A stretch of 64,000 nucleotides of DNA from a virus (lineage: Duplodnaviria; Caudoviricetes). Shown here one piece after another: positions 38,900-49,104 of the stretch. The DNA lies in the IMG/VR virus record IMGVR_UViG_3300031088_000782, positions 224,001-288,000 of that record; one strand, written 5' to 3'. A program made the translations under genes and the position numbers. Position 1 is the stretch's first letter. Each line of letters opens with the position of its first letter. The notes below the pieces were generated by a model. It saw only the letters and a list, made by a program, of their open reading frames with translations, had not been told where the DNA came from and ran no database searches.

Positions 38900-39066
38900 T
38901 TCTCGCTTCTTTCTATGTTTCGCTGTTGCGTTTGTCTTATCTGTATTGAGTATATAACCTTTTCTCAACTTTCGCAAGGTTCTCGTGAAAATTTTTCTAG
39001 TTGATTTGGTTGAGCGATTGATGGGTTCGAACTTTGGCGAAAATTGAAAAATTGTTTGAATCGTTG

Positions 39067-39096
39067 TTGACGCGAGAGGAATTTTCGTGCTATTGT
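39067..39096 (+). promoter_or_regulatory. sigma70/SigA-type promoter
   Basis: TTGACG-18-TATTGT. Confidence 0.55.
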
Positions 39097-39148
39097 GTTT
39101 TTGTAAGGTTCGTTAATTAAAACATTGAGAACAAAAAGGTTGAATAAA

Positions 39149-39490
39149 ATGTCTACTGTCTATAATTACGATAATGTTGTCAAGGTTGCTGAATCTATTG
39201 TAAAGAATGTCAAGGCTGAGATTGCCAAAGTTGCTAATTCAATGAATCGACGTGTTGAGATGGGCGATTATTACATGTCGGACCTTGTTAGTGGATTGGT
39301 TGTTCTTGAAAGCGCTCTGTGCTATCTGGAATCTGTTAGTCGCCACTTTGAGAGGGGTTTTATTAGCCAACTTTCACCGCTGGACGCTCTTGATTCTCTT
39401 ATTGTGAATGACGATATGCTCAAAGGATATTCTCTGTATTCTCGTGAGATTATGCAAGCACTGAAGAATGCTGAAACTGTAACTGTATAA
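39149..39490 (+). CDS. Hypothetical helical protein
   Basis: AAGG RBS before ATG 39149; hairpin at 39533-39576. Confidence 0.65.
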   Translation: MSTVYNYDNVVKVAESIVKNVKAEIAKVANSMNRRVEMGDYYMSDLVSGLVVLESALCYLESVSRHFERGFISQLSPLDALDSLIVNDDMLKGYSLYSREIMQALKNAETVTV

Positions 39491-39639
39491 TTCGAATGTG
39501 TTTAGCGAATGATTGCTGAATGATTTGCAAACAAAAGTGAGTGTGTCGGGATTACTTTTCTGATATACTCACTTTTTCGTTGTTAAGTGAGGAAAGATTG
39601 AGATGAAGATGTTCAAACAGTTTTTCAAGGATATTCCGG

Positions 39640-40011
39640 GTGAGTGATATGGTAGATGTTAAGTTGTGTGTGTTGGAAGTTGTTGACGTTTTAAATTACA
39701 ATGATGCTCGCTCTTATGTTCTTCATCAACTTGTCGCTGAGAGACTAGAAGAAAAACCAGCTGGAGTTTTATTGATTGCTTTCACCAATTTGCGTTCTTG
39801 GGGCAGGAAGCCTGGGTTGGCGAGATCTCGTTTGTATATGAATGAGTGGGAAGAGACACTGGCTGATTTGTCTGCTACTTTGAATGTTCTGCGAGGCTTG
39901 GATGAGCACTCTTGTGTTCTTCGTTCTTGTTCTCCTTTTGCTGGGGTAGTCTCTGAAGCAGAGAGGGTTCAGCTCTTGAATGAGTTTAGGAAGTGTTGGT
40001 CAAATTTATGA
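39640..40011 (+). CDS. Hypothetical protein
   Basis: 123-aa ORF with GTG start. Confidence 0.55.
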   Translation: MSDMVDVKLCVLEVVDVLNYNDARSYVLHQLVAERLEEKPAGVLLIAFTNLRSWGRKPGLARSRLYMNEWEETLADLSATLNVLRGLDEHSCVLRSCSPFAGVVSEAERVQLLNEFRKCWSNL

Positions 40012-40118
40012 ATGGAGTTCGGCTGTTCTCTGTTGCGATTGTGGTTTAAGAATGGATTGTTGATGAATGTGTGAGAGAATGGCAAAAAAGAAGAATTGAG
40101 GGTTGTATTTTAAAGTTG

Positions 40119-40147
40119 TTGACGTGTGGGATTTTGTGTTGTATGAT
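40119..40147 (+). promoter_or_regulatory. sigma70/SigA-type promoter
   Basis: TTGACG-17-TATGAT. Confidence 0.65.
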
Positions 40148-40195
40148 TGAGTTAAGAGCAAGATAAACGATACATTAAATAAGAAGGAACATATA

Positions 40196-40375
40196 ATGGC
40201 TACTTATGCTGATAATTACGAGAATGCTTTTCCTTACGATTCTGATATTGTTGTTTTGGAGCACGCTGATAGCACTGCACGGAGTTCTTTTAGGGTTTGT
40301 AATCTTTGTGGGGCGTTGGTTTTGGATTCGCTTCATGTTACTCATGTGAGGAATCAGCATCCTGGAAATGAGTGA
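40196..40375 (+). CDS. 59-aa C2H2-like zinc-finger protein (below ORF-track cutoff)
   Basis: AAGGA RBS; CNLCGALV..H..H...H; terminator at 40393-40422. Confidence 0.65.
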   Translation: MATYADNYENAFPYDSDIVVLEHADSTARSSFRVCNLCGALVLDSLHVTHVRNQHPGNE

Positions 40376-40656
40376 AAGTAGTTAATAAGAGAAAGAAGCT
40401 ATCCTGTTGAGGGTGGCTTCTTTTTTCTTGTTTTACACAATTTTTATCATTTGAATAATAATGATAAAAATTGTGTAAATTATTGTAAAATAAATGAATA
40501 TGATTATTGTAAATGATAAAACTTTTGAATACTTTAATGAGATAAATAGTTCAATATTCTAAAGAATTGTTTTGATTTTCTTTAATGTTTTAAAATGTTT
40601 TGGTAAAAATATAATTAAGTATTTTACAGTGAAAGAATTGGGGTGCTACGATTGCT

Positions 40657-41187
40657 ATGAAGGCAAATGATATAGTGAATGCTATTAGGAACAAACACGG
40701 GGGCAAAGCTGCTATTGTTCCAGAATTGACCATTGAAGATAGGTATTACTATCAGAGCATGATTCGAAGAGATCCTCGTTTTGAAGATTACGCAAATGAT
40801 AGTAGCATTGTGGATGAAAATTATCAAGTAGACGAAACATATGATCTTGCTAATGGTAAGTATTCTAGACGAATTGACTTACTTATGTGTGAAGCTCAAA
40901 AATGGACTGCTATAGAAATTAAAGTATCTAGATCTGATTTTTTCCGTGACACAGAAGAGAAAAGACAAACGTGGAAAAAACATACACACAGGTTCATATA
41001 TGCGACTCCACAGGGGCTTGTTAACATTGAAGAAATACCTGAAGGGTGTGGATGGTGGGAAATAACTCCTACGGGTATGATAATCGTGAGCAAACGTGCT
41101 AAAGTTAACAAAGATAGGACTGACTTCCCTGATTCATTTATGAGGACTGTCTTTTGGCGTTTGGCAACAACAAGTCCATTGATGTGA
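40657..41187 (+). CDS. MmcB-like PD-(D/E)XK nuclease
   Basis: RRIDLL..AIEIKVSRSDF..HRFIYATP..EEIPEGCGW. Confidence 0.75.
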   Translation: MKANDIVNAIRNKHGGKAAIVPELTIEDRYYYQSMIRRDPRFEDYANDSSIVDENYQVDETYDLANGKYSRRIDLLMCEAQKWTAIEIKVSRSDFFRDTEEKRQTWKKHTHRFIYATPQGLVNIEEIPEGCGWWEITPTGMIIVSKRAKVNKDRTDFPDSFMRTVFWRLATTSPLM

Positions 41188-41318
41188 AGCACGAAATATA
41201 ATAGAATATGTTTAAGTAAACTAATTAGTTCTTAAAAAAAAATGAAAAAATTTATAAATATAAATTAAAATTCATTAAGAATTGTTTTTCTTTTATGTGG
41301 AGGTAGAGAATTAATAAT

Positions 41319-41568
41319 ATGATTGAGTATGATTCTTTTAATATGACATAGATCCTTGTGGAATGATAACTGTTTTTTTGAGAAAGAATTTTGTGGGTTT
41401 TTATCTTGGCAGGATGAGACTGTTGTACATGTTTGGGTGAAAGAGTTGTACAGAAGGAAAGGAATCGCTACTCATATGTTTGAATTAGCTCAAAGCATTT
41501 GTGTCTCTTTGAAACATTCGGCACGTTTAACAAATGATGGGTTAATATTCCGAAATAGTTTTTATTGA
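41319..41568 (+). pseudogene. GNAT acetyltransferase-like, probably frameshifted near the 5' end
   Basis: GGAGG RBS with short ORF MIEYDSFNMT*, then in the next frame VHVWVKELYRRKGIATHM..HSARLTNDG. Confidence 0.55.
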
Positions 41569-42256
41569 TCATTGTTGATTTTATAAAATTTTTTGGTTGT
41601 ATTAAAAAACAATTCAGGGTGAGAATGGTTTATCAATTTAGGGGATTTTGCTGTGGGTGAGATTAAGTTTGCTGATGTTGATTCTGAAAGTGACGATACT
41701 GCTGAGAGGGATGATGGTTTGAGTCGTTCGGATACGGTATTGATGGTTGTTGAATCTTCTTTGGTTTTTGAATTGTTGTATATCTTGGTTAATCTTGATT
41801 GGGTTTGCGAATTTTTATTTTCTGTGTGATTGCTATTTTTTCGTGGGGTAGCTGTCATGAATTGAATATTCCATGACACGATTCTTGCTGTCTTTGGAGC
41901 AGTTGATTAGATACATGCGTTTTCTGTGAGGCTGTGAGCGGCTTTTGAGAGCTGTGCGAGTATTTGAGTGTTTGTTGAGTATTGTCGGCTTTTTGGGGCT
42001 GCTCTGGCTTTCTCTATAACATGTGAATTTGTTTGTGGCTTTCACATTACGATTGACTGTGTTTTTTGCGTTAAGGATAGGGACAATTTTACGTTTGGTT
42101 GATAGGTTGAAAGATATGCTTTTATTTGAGTGTTAACACTTTTAGAGTCATGTTGATTTAAGAATGAAAAAGACTGAACAAAAACAATAAGGAGAATGTC
42201 TGTCAGCTGTTGTGTTGTGACAGACATTCTCCTTTGGGGTTTGGTCTTGTGTTTTG

Positions 42257-42544
42257 TCAAAGGCGGAAATAGTCTGCCATTCGTTGTGCTACTTCATAGG
42301 GGTCGAATCGCGGGCTATTGTATTCGCTAATAAGGGTGCGATAAGTGCGGTCTTCAAGAGCAATAAGGTTCATTGTGTATTCAAGCTGCCCTAGTGATTC
42401 TGAGAGTTTAGCTTGGTTGATAAATGTTGCGGGAGCGTAGCTTGTCCATTCATTCACATAAATTTCGGCGGATTCTCGTGCTTTGCTAAGCGCGTCGAAG
42501 AGGGCGATTCTCTGTGTCTTGTTGAGTTCGTATCGCTGTGGCAT
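42257..42544 (-). CDS. Hypothetical protein
   Basis: AAGGA RBS; minus-strand TTGACA(42626)-17-TAAGAT. Confidence 0.65.
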   Translation of the reverse strand: MPQRYELNKTQRIALFDALSKARESAEIYVNEWTSYAPATFINQAKLSESLGQLEYTMNLIALEDRTYRTLISEYNSPRFDPYEVAQRMADYFRL

Positions 42545-42829
42545 TTTTCTTATCCTTGTCTTGGATTGTTCTGTTCAATATTTTTATCTATACTCTCATC
42601 TTAATTTACTGTTGAGGCTTTGTCAATCGTTGTTGAATATTGTTCGTAAAAGGTTCTGAATATAGACTTTAAGATTAAACAAGGTTCATGTTGAGATATG
42701 CTTTATGTTGAACATGGTGATGTGGGAGACTTTTGATCTTCGTTTGGGTCGTTGACTTTGCTCATGTATAGTGTTATTCTTGTTCTGTTGTTAATTATCA
42801 GTTAGATTTCATTTATAGAAGATTTTGTA

Positions 42830-43099
42830 ATGTCTGTTTTTGGTAACAGCAAGTCAGGTAATGTTGATGATAGTGTTGTTGTGGATGCTGAATTTTTGCG
42901 GCTACACTGAGCAATGGTAATGACGATCTTATTGATGAGATTTATGGCGTTGTTTTTTATGAGGAACTATTTTATCATGATCGTCCTATTAAACTAGTAT
43001 ATCCTTCGGGGGAGTTTTTTTGATTTTGTAAATCCGTCTCATATTGTTTCTTTTTCTGGTCCTTATAGGATTACTGTGAATGTTCCTGCTGTTGACTGA
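42830..43099 (+). pseudogene. 89-codon ORF with one in-frame TGA (42908)
   Basis: MSVFGNSK..RLH*AMVMTILIDEIY.. read in a single frame. Confidence 0.45.
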
Positions 43100-43127
43100 T
43101 ACGAACTACTAAATCCTTATTTAACGA

Positions 43128-43156
43128 TTGACTTTTACCCTGTCTTGTTATACAAT
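43128..43156 (+). promoter_or_regulatory. sigma70/SigA-type promoter
   Basis: TTGACT-17-TACAAT. Confidence 0.7.
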
Positions 43157-43176
43157 GGATAATAAAAGATTAATGA

Positions 43177-43419
43177 ATGATTGTCAAACTTGATGAAGAT
43201 TGGATAAAGATTATGGAAAAGCGTAATGTTGTCGGACTTGAAAGTTTTCGTTTCGCTGTTGTCAATGCGGAAAACAACAATGTTGTGTCTCTCCATAAAT
43301 CAGCAAAAGAAGCTGAGTGGCAAGCTGAGTCAGAGAATGAATATTTTGCGCAAAATGCTATTAAAGCAAAGTTTGAGGCTGTTGAAATTTTAGACAAAAT
43401 TGGATATAAGCGTTATTGA
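43177..43419 (+). CDS. Small hypothetical protein
   Basis: ORF directly behind a promoter. Confidence 0.55.
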   Translation: MIVKLDEDWIKIMEKRNVVGLESFRFAVVNAENNNVVSLHKSAKEAEWQAESENEYFAQNAIKAKFEAVEILDKIGYKRY

Positions 43420-43486
43420 AATTGACTGTGATTGTCATGATTCTTATTTGTAAGGTAAATAAATCGTGAAGAGAAAAGAGATAAAG

Positions 43487-43759
43487 ATGAAGAATTATAT
43501 TGAATCTTTGGTGAGAAATGTTGTTTCTGAACAGATTGACAAACAATTGAACAAGAATTCTGATAGTAAACTGTCACCGGAAGAATTTGCGGAAGAAGTT
43601 TCTCTTATTGTGGGATCAAAAATTCCTGATTTCGAAGTTGAAACTTATCGAGAATTTGATGATCCTTATGACTCATTTTCTACTGAGAAAATGATCAAGT
43701 TTTCTTATGTTACTGAACAATGGTTGTGGGACAAAAAAAACAATAGATTAAATAATTAA
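43487..43759 (+). CDS. Small hypothetical protein
   Basis: ATG 43487; ends at a bidirectional hairpin. Confidence 0.55.
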   Translation: MKNYIESLVRNVVSEQIDKQLNKNSDSKLSPEEFAEEVSLIVGSKIPDFEVETYREFDDPYDSFSTEKMIKFSYVTEQWLWDKKNNRLNN

Positions 43760-43760
43760 A

Positions 43761-43812
43761 AAATTGCCGAACAGTTGACTTTTAAGAATTTAATTCAACT
43801 GTTCGGCAATTT
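43761..43812. terminator. Bidirectional hairpin terminator
   Basis: AAATTGCCGAACAGTTGA / TCAACTGTTCGGCAATTT. Confidence 0.75.
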
Positions 43813-43816
43813 CTGT

Positions 43817-44005
43817 TTAGAGAAGTCCGATCTTGGTGAGAATTTCGATTGTATCGTTGGCACAAGCGATAGTTGCGGCGATGGCTCCAGCCCATGTTGC
43901 AATCTTAATCCACATGGCCTTCTTGTCAGCCTTCTTCTCTTCTGTCTTAGTTTCCATGACCGTGTTGTTGGTGACGGGACGGATGTTGATGGTGATACGA
44001 ATCAT
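43817..44005 (-). CDS. Small membrane peptide
   Basis: Basic stretch then hydrophobic MWIKIATWAGAIAATIACA; minus-strand TTGACA(44084)-18-TATACT. Confidence 0.55.
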   Translation of the reverse strand: MIRITINIRPVTNNTVMETKTEEKKADKKAMWIKIATWAGAIAATIACANDTIEILTKIGLL

Positions 44006-44245
44006 GGGATGTCTCCTTGGTGCTCTTGTTTCCTACGTCCTTTGTAGTAACACCAGTATAGGCACAACATTTCTTGCCTGTCAACTGTTACTTACAATTC
44101 TGTTCGATAATTTTTCGAAAATGTTTGTGAGAGTAGTATACTAAAAGAATCAACTATATTCTTTCGCTTCTCTGTCACACGAAAAATGCACTCAATTTCA
44201 CATTATTTTTGGTTCAAATTTTTCTGAACGATTGAATTTAATTTA

Positions 44246-44274
44246 TTGACTTTTCCACATTTCTATGATACTAT
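44246..44274 (+). promoter_or_regulatory. sigma70/SigA-type promoter
   Basis: TTGACT-17-TACTAT. Confidence 0.6.
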
Positions 44275-44364
44275 TGAAAATTAAGGCAGCAAGGATGAAC
44301 AATAAAAAATATTGTCGAATCCTTGTTCAAGTTGAATTTATCGAATATTGAGGAATGAATTATC

Positions 44365-44790
44365 ATGTCAGAAAACATTGTTGATTTGCGTAAGACTTTG
44401 AATGACTACTACACTGAGAGCACCAAAAATGTTGTTGATGTTGATAGCGAAGGGCTGAAATTCATTCGTTATGGACTGACCATTAGTTTCGTTGGAGAAT
44501 ACTCGTCACTTGTTCTGAAAACTGTCAAGAATCCTGTTTCGGAAGGCGAACAAATTGTTGCGCTGTTCAATATTGAGTTGATGAATTTCCTTTCCGCAAG
44601 TTTCGATAAGGTGAGAGAAGCTGTTGAAATTGATGACAAGATTTCTGTCCTGAGTGAAACGCTTGTCAATCCTAAAACCCCTGCTTACGATATGATTGCG
44701 GCAACTGGGTTGAAGGTTCCGTTTGTTGAAGCTGTCAAGAGCGATTTCGCAATCATTAACGAATTCTTGATGAACGCAAATAACGAGTGA
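44365..44790 (+). CDS. Hypothetical protein
   Basis: GAGGA RBS, 141 aa. Confidence 0.65.
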   Translation: MSENIVDLRKTLNDYYTESTKNVVDVDSEGLKFIRYGLTISFVGEYSSLVLKTVKNPVSEGEQIVALFNIELMNFLSASFDKVREAVEIDDKISVLSETLVNPKTPAYDMIAATGLKVPFVEAVKSDFAIINEFLMNANNE

Positions 44791-44919
44791 GAAATGAAAG
44801 GCAATAATAGCTTAACAGTTGATTGATTGTTTAGATATTATTTTTGTAGTGATTTGTGTTATGAGGCACAAGTCTATACTATTTGTTTGTTTTTCAATCG
44901 TTATTTTCTGGGGGAAATT

Positions 44920-45273
44920 ATGTCTGTTGTTATGAATTTAAAGAAAGCTGGGGTTGGCTTTGCTTTGGCTGGGTTGTTGGCTGGCGGTAGTGCTGTTGTT
45001 ACTAGCGCGACACCTGCTGAAGCTGCAAGCTTTTCATCTTCTACTTGTAAGAGTTCTTCAAAGTTGGCTAATTACATGTATAGCAAAGTAAGAAAAGTCG
45101 GCAAAAAATACACTATGAGTAATACTTATGTTGCTTATGTTGACAAAAAGTGCAAGAACAGCAACATTAAGAGTGCCGCTAAATACGCTCACAGTAAGAG
45201 CAAGAAAGCAAAGAGTTATGCAGCTAAGAACAAGTGGGCTGTTGCTTTCACAAAATTGAAAAAGGCTTTGTGA
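44920..45273 (+). CDS. Secreted Lys-rich small protein
   Basis: GGGGA RBS; signal peptide ending TPAEA|; two Cys. Confidence 0.7.
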   Translation: MSVVMNLKKAGVGFALAGLLAGGSAVVTSATPAEAASFSSSTCKSSSKLANYMYSKVRKVGKKYTMSNTYVAYVDKKCKNSNIKSAAKYAHSKSKKAKSYAAKNKWAVAFTKLKKAL

Positions 45274-45294
45274 ATCATAACGCTTAAACACTAA

Positions 45295-45341
45295 AAGCAA
45301 GGAATCCCGATCAAAATTCACCTGATCGGGATTCCTTGCTT
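45295..45341 (+). terminator. Hairpin terminator
   Basis: AAGCAAGGAATCCCGATCA / TGATCGGGATTCCTTGCTT. Confidence 0.75.
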
Positions 45342-45460
45342 ATTATTCAGTCATTAAATTTTTCGTATTTTTTAAATACATTAGTTTCTTTCATTTTTTT
45401 GGACTGCACATAAAACATAAACATCATTGACACTAAAAACAAATAACAGCAAATCATCCC

Positions 45461-45490
45461 TTGACTTTCATTGTGCAACTGTTGTAGAAT
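45461..45490 (+). promoter_or_regulatory. sigma70/SigA-type promoter
   Basis: TTGACT-18-TAGAAT. Confidence 0.65.
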
Positions 45491-45515
45491 AGTGTCATAA
45501 GGTAGTTCAAATTTA

Positions 45516-45740
45516 TTGAAGGAGATGGAAATGCGTATTGTTAAGTCTGCTGAAGTTAAGGATCTTACGCCGGGAACTGTGCTGAATTTTGAGCGTGGTG
45601 TCGAAGGTAAGCCGGGTTATGGAAAGATGGTTTTCGTTCTTGATTCACCGGGGAATCCGAATTATGCAAAGTTCTCTATGACTGACAGAACCGTACAAGA
45701 TTACCTTCACAATCGTTGGATTCTTACCGTTGAGGACTGA
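45516..45740 (+). CDS. Small hypothetical protein
   Basis: AAGGAG RBS; hairpin at 45743-45806. Confidence 0.6.
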   Translation: MKEMEMRIVKSAEVKDLTPGTVLNFERGVEGKPGYGKMVFVLDSPGNPNYAKFSMTDRTVQDYLHNRWILTVED

Positions 45741-45875
45741 ATGAGACAGACGAACACAAAAACAGTTCAACAAAATTTGGACAAGGTTTTTGTGTTCGTC
45801 TGTCTCTTTTGAGTTAGTTTTGATTGAACACTTGTTGAATGTTATGTAATATTGTTGAAATAGTAATAAAATGGA

Positions 45876-46058
45876 TTGAGGTTGAGGTTGATGAATATTT
45901 TGGTTTTGATGGCTTTAGGTATGTTGGTTTTCGCTCTCGCCTTGTTGGGATTTGCTGTATATAAGATTGTTAAGATTTCACGCTTACAGAAGACGATTCG
46001 GGAGCGAAAGGAATCTAAGGTATATCGTAATCCTGACGTTGCTGACTCAGATGCATAG
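45876..46058 (+). CDS. Small single-pass membrane protein
   Basis: Hydrophobic N-terminus, basic tail. Confidence 0.5.
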   Translation: MRLRLMNILVLMALGMLVFALALLGFAVYKIVKISRLQKTIRERKESKVYRNPDVADSDA

Positions 46059-46083
46059 TTATGAAATTCTTTCTCTACATTTG

Positions 46084-46112
46084 TTGACTTTCTGATTTTC
46101 AAGTTGTAGAGT
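46084..46112 (+). promoter_or_regulatory. sigma70/SigA-type promoter
   Basis: TTGACT-17-TAGAGT. Confidence 0.6.
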
Positions 46113-46184
46113 GAGAGGATTTATATAATTTTGTTTAACTTTCTGAACTGAAAAACTCAATTGAACTGACAAGAGGATGACGAT

Positions 46185-46916
46185 TTGATAATTGAGAAAA
46201 GAGAATTTGACGATTGCTTTGGCAGCTATGCTTTGAGTACTGCTGCTGATTACCAGACAATCAGTGTGGATAATCGTATTCTGGGACATTTCAATATTGA
46301 AACTGTCAGCATTATCAAGCGAAATGGGAGCCATAACAGTTGTATCTATTGTTGTTTCAATTCGAACAAACAGATAAGCAAAAAATATAGGTCAGGTGAA
46401 AAATTTTCTGATTACGTCTCTGCTTCGATTGTTTTGAATGACGCTGACCCTATTGATGTTTATGAGCTTGTTGAATTTGATAACATTGACCAAATTTCGG
46501 ACTTCTTTGCTATTCATAATCTTGATTTCAGAGAGATTGTTGATTCTTACATTGAGGATTTTGTTGAGAGCGACAGAACTGATTCAGAAGGCAGATACGT
46601 AAAACTGTGGAAAGATTTGAGAAACAAATATGATGACATTGTTGATTGGCAAGAAGATTTAACGAACATTTCTGATGGGTTTGACAATATTTACGAAAAT
46701 GAATTAGAGCACATTGTCAGTAATTTTGCTGATTTGAGCTTCTGGTTGAGTGCTCTTATATGTGACAACATGAAGAAAGAATTTTTCAACTATGGTGAAT
46801 CGTCTGTCGCTGATTTGTCTGTGGTAAATGACGTTCATATTTTCAGATGGAATGTCAATTTTATGAATTTGAGTTTTGATGCTTGGGTTGATGAATTTTT
46901 CGGGAAACTGTTCTAA
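46185..46916 (+). CDS. Hypothetical acidic protein
   Basis: 243-aa ORF; GAGGA upstream. Confidence 0.65.
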   Translation: MIIEKREFDDCFGSYALSTAADYQTISVDNRILGHFNIETVSIIKRNGSHNSCIYCCFNSNKQISKKYRSGEKFSDYVSASIVLNDADPIDVYELVEFDNIDQISDFFAIHNLDFREIVDSYIEDFVESDRTDSEGRYVKLWKDLRNKYDDIVDWQEDLTNISDGFDNIYENELEHIVSNFADLSFWLSALICDNMKKEFFNYGESSVADLSVVNDVHIFRWNVNFMNLSFDAWVDEFFGKLF

Positions 46917-46958
46917 ATCCTCAACTATCCTTAATGACACTCTTAGTGAATTTAAAAT

Positions 46959-47012
46959 GCAATAGAGAACGAGTCAGATTGTTCTTAATGAATCTGACTC
47001 GTTTTCTATTGC
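46959..47012. terminator. Bidirectional hairpin terminator
   Basis: GCAATAGAGAACGAGTCAGATT / AATCTGACTCGTTTTCTATTGC. Confidence 0.7.
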
Positions 47013-47051
47013 TGATTACTGTTGTTTTGTCAATTGTTGTTTAGATTATGC

Positions 47052-47432
47052 TTACGCTGTTTCATTCCATTCGGGCTTGTCTGGATAACGGATTTCTGTG
47101 GCTCCTGCATTGGGAAGGCCGAAATCGTAGAGTGGACTGTTTGTAAAATAAGTGTCCGTATAGTTGTCATCCATTGTGAAGTATCCTGAATAGTATTTGA
47201 TTCCGTCATCATCATACATGTCAAATGCGATTCTGTGGGAACCTGGTGTTTTGACGGCTGTTGTAGCTTCGTCTGTTGCCTCACTAGGGCCGTTCGTTCC
47301 TACCTGATTATATTCGCCATCCTCAATGTAGTCATGAGTCAAAATCCAAGCATGAGCAACCTGACCATGTTCTGGAGCTGTTGTCTGACGATAGAATCCA
47401 AGATTGATTGTCTCGTTGTTGTTCTCTGCCAC
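47052..47432 (-). CDS. Hypothetical phage/plasmid-type protein
   Basis: AAAGGAG RBS; minus-strand TTGACA(47501)-18-TAGAAT; FDMYDDDGIKYYSG..PLYDFGLPNAG. Confidence 0.7.
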   Translation of the reverse strand: MAENNNETINLGFYRQTTAPEHGQVAHAWILTHDYIEDGEYNQVGTNGPSEATDEATTAVKTPGSHRIAFDMYDDDGIKYYSGYFTMDDNYTDTYFTNSPLYDFGLPNAGATEIRYPDKPEWNETA

Positions 47433-47566
47433 TTTTTCTCCTTTGCTGAATCATTGTTGTTATGTGTCAATATTCTATAACATTTCAGCACTGTTTGTCA
47501 AGATTGTTCTTATTCTGGAAGGTTCGATGATACGGAAAAACTCAATGGTTCAATGTTGGTTTCAGT

Positions 47567-47595
47567 TTGACTTTTGACATGAATTGCTCTAAACT
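47567..47595 (+). promoter_or_regulatory. sigma70/SigA-type promoter
   Basis: TTGACT-17-TAAACT. Confidence 0.5.
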
Positions 47596-48224
47596 TTCTC
47601 TTATAAGAAAAGTTCATGTTAAAAATACTTGCGAAAGAAAAGTGATTAAAGTGCTGTTTGCTATTGGTGGTCTGTTTGTTGAGTTTTTTATTTTCTGTGC
47701 TCTTGTCGGAATTTTTGTGAAGCCTGAACCTGTTATTGACTAATTGTTGAGATATTGCTCTGTTTGGCTGTTCCCGTCGCTTTATAGCGGTTTTGGCAGT
47801 CGAATAGGGACATTCTTATGTTTCAATCATTTTATCGCCTTAACGGGCGTTTTTTTTGCGATCCTCTCTTTCCGGTGATTTATTTACCGTTTCGCAACAG
47901 AGTTGTTATTTTGTTCTCATTTGATTACTTTTTGACTTTTCGGTGCTCTTTCTTCTGCTGTTTAGTTACTATTTTGTGTTCAAATTTTACTTAATTTTAG
48001 TGTGTTTAAATAGTGCGTAAACCCTCCTTCATAAGCTAGAACATACCGTGTAAGTTTTTTGTTGCCAAAATTTTATGAAATCACCAAAGAAAACAAGCTT
48101 TTAATCAATTTATATGAATGAACTTTGTTAAGGATTTTTTGCTGTCATGATATGAATAAATTAATATTCAATTATTCCATATTTTGATAATATGAATGAA
48201 ATAATGAAAAACGGAGGTTGAACT

Positions 48225-49031
48225 ATGAGTGTAAACGTGAATTACATTGCTGTAATAGACAATGATGCTGTTGGTACTGTTGTTGATAAATTGAATAATG
48301 TTCTCAACCAGAAAAATGATACTGACACGGTATTTGATTTCGTTGTTCATAAAGTCAGTTCGGAAGATTTTGGCAAAACTGTTGTTGAACTATCAAGCTT
48401 ATGTAGGTTTGTTAATACATATAATGACAATCTCTATCTTGATTTCGGACGGTTAAACGCTTTGCTTCCCGAAATCGAAAAGCTGTCAGAAGTTGTGGAA
48501 GAATTTAACAATAATCTTAATGTTTTTTACGGGAATAAAGCTATTGAATTGTTTTATTTGGACGAAAACAGCAGCTATTTCAGTGTTGAGTTTGATGATG
48601 TTTTTGAACAGATTAACGAAGAAGACCAATGGGTGTTTGTTGATCAGATGAGCAAAGATTACCCTACTGTTGATGGAAAATTCGTCAATGAGTTGAGAAA
48701 TATTTATGAAGATTTGCGAAAGCATGAAAATGAGGGCGAATATTCTGAGGTTGATGAAACTGTTGTCGAAACGTATGTCGATAGCGTGGATAAAGAGTTT
48801 GACAAGATTGTTGTTTTTGAAGTGTTCTATGTGTTTGAGGGGCGAGGAATGAAGCCTGGTAGTTTTGTTGAATCATTGATTGAAACTATTGTTAAGGCAG
48901 ATGCTGTCAACAAATCGAAACTTTATCTTGGGTTCCCTGACTATGTGAATGTCGTGTCAGCGTATCAGAATAGTGTTGAAAAATACAATGAAATGAGTGA
49001 GATAGTTAAAAAGGAATGCGATGATAGATAA
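48225..49031 (+). CDS. Hypothetical protein; C-terminal domain paralogous to 53380..53658
   Basis: GGAGG RBS; EVFYVFEGRGMKPGSF..KADAVNKSKL. Confidence 0.7.
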   Translation: MSVNVNYIAVIDNDAVGTVVDKLNNVLNQKNDTDTVFDFVVHKVSSEDFGKTVVELSSLCRFVNTYNDNLYLDFGRLNALLPEIEKLSEVVEEFNNNLNVFYGNKAIELFYLDENSSYFSVEFDDVFEQINEEDQWVFVDQMSKDYPTVDGKFVNELRNIYEDLRKHENEGEYSEVDETVVETYVDSVDKEFDKIVVFEVFYVFEGRGMKPGSFVESLIETIVKADAVNKSKLYLGFPDYVNVVSAYQNSVEKYNEMSEIVKKECDDR

Positions 49032-49104
49032 TTAATTTTGACGAGCAAAGGTTGCTATCAGAAATCACAGTTAAGATTTTTCTGATAGCAACCTTTGATT
49101 TTTA

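Noticed and set aside
41562-42260. Chain of three overlapping minus-strand ORFs as genes
   Set aside because: No RBS or motif, and the N/T/K/S-rich composition follows from strand skew; possibly a decayed remnant but unsupported.
42908-42910. TGA recoding (alternative genetic code)
   Set aside because: An isolated case; many genes end properly at TGA and long ORFs are uninterrupted under code 11.
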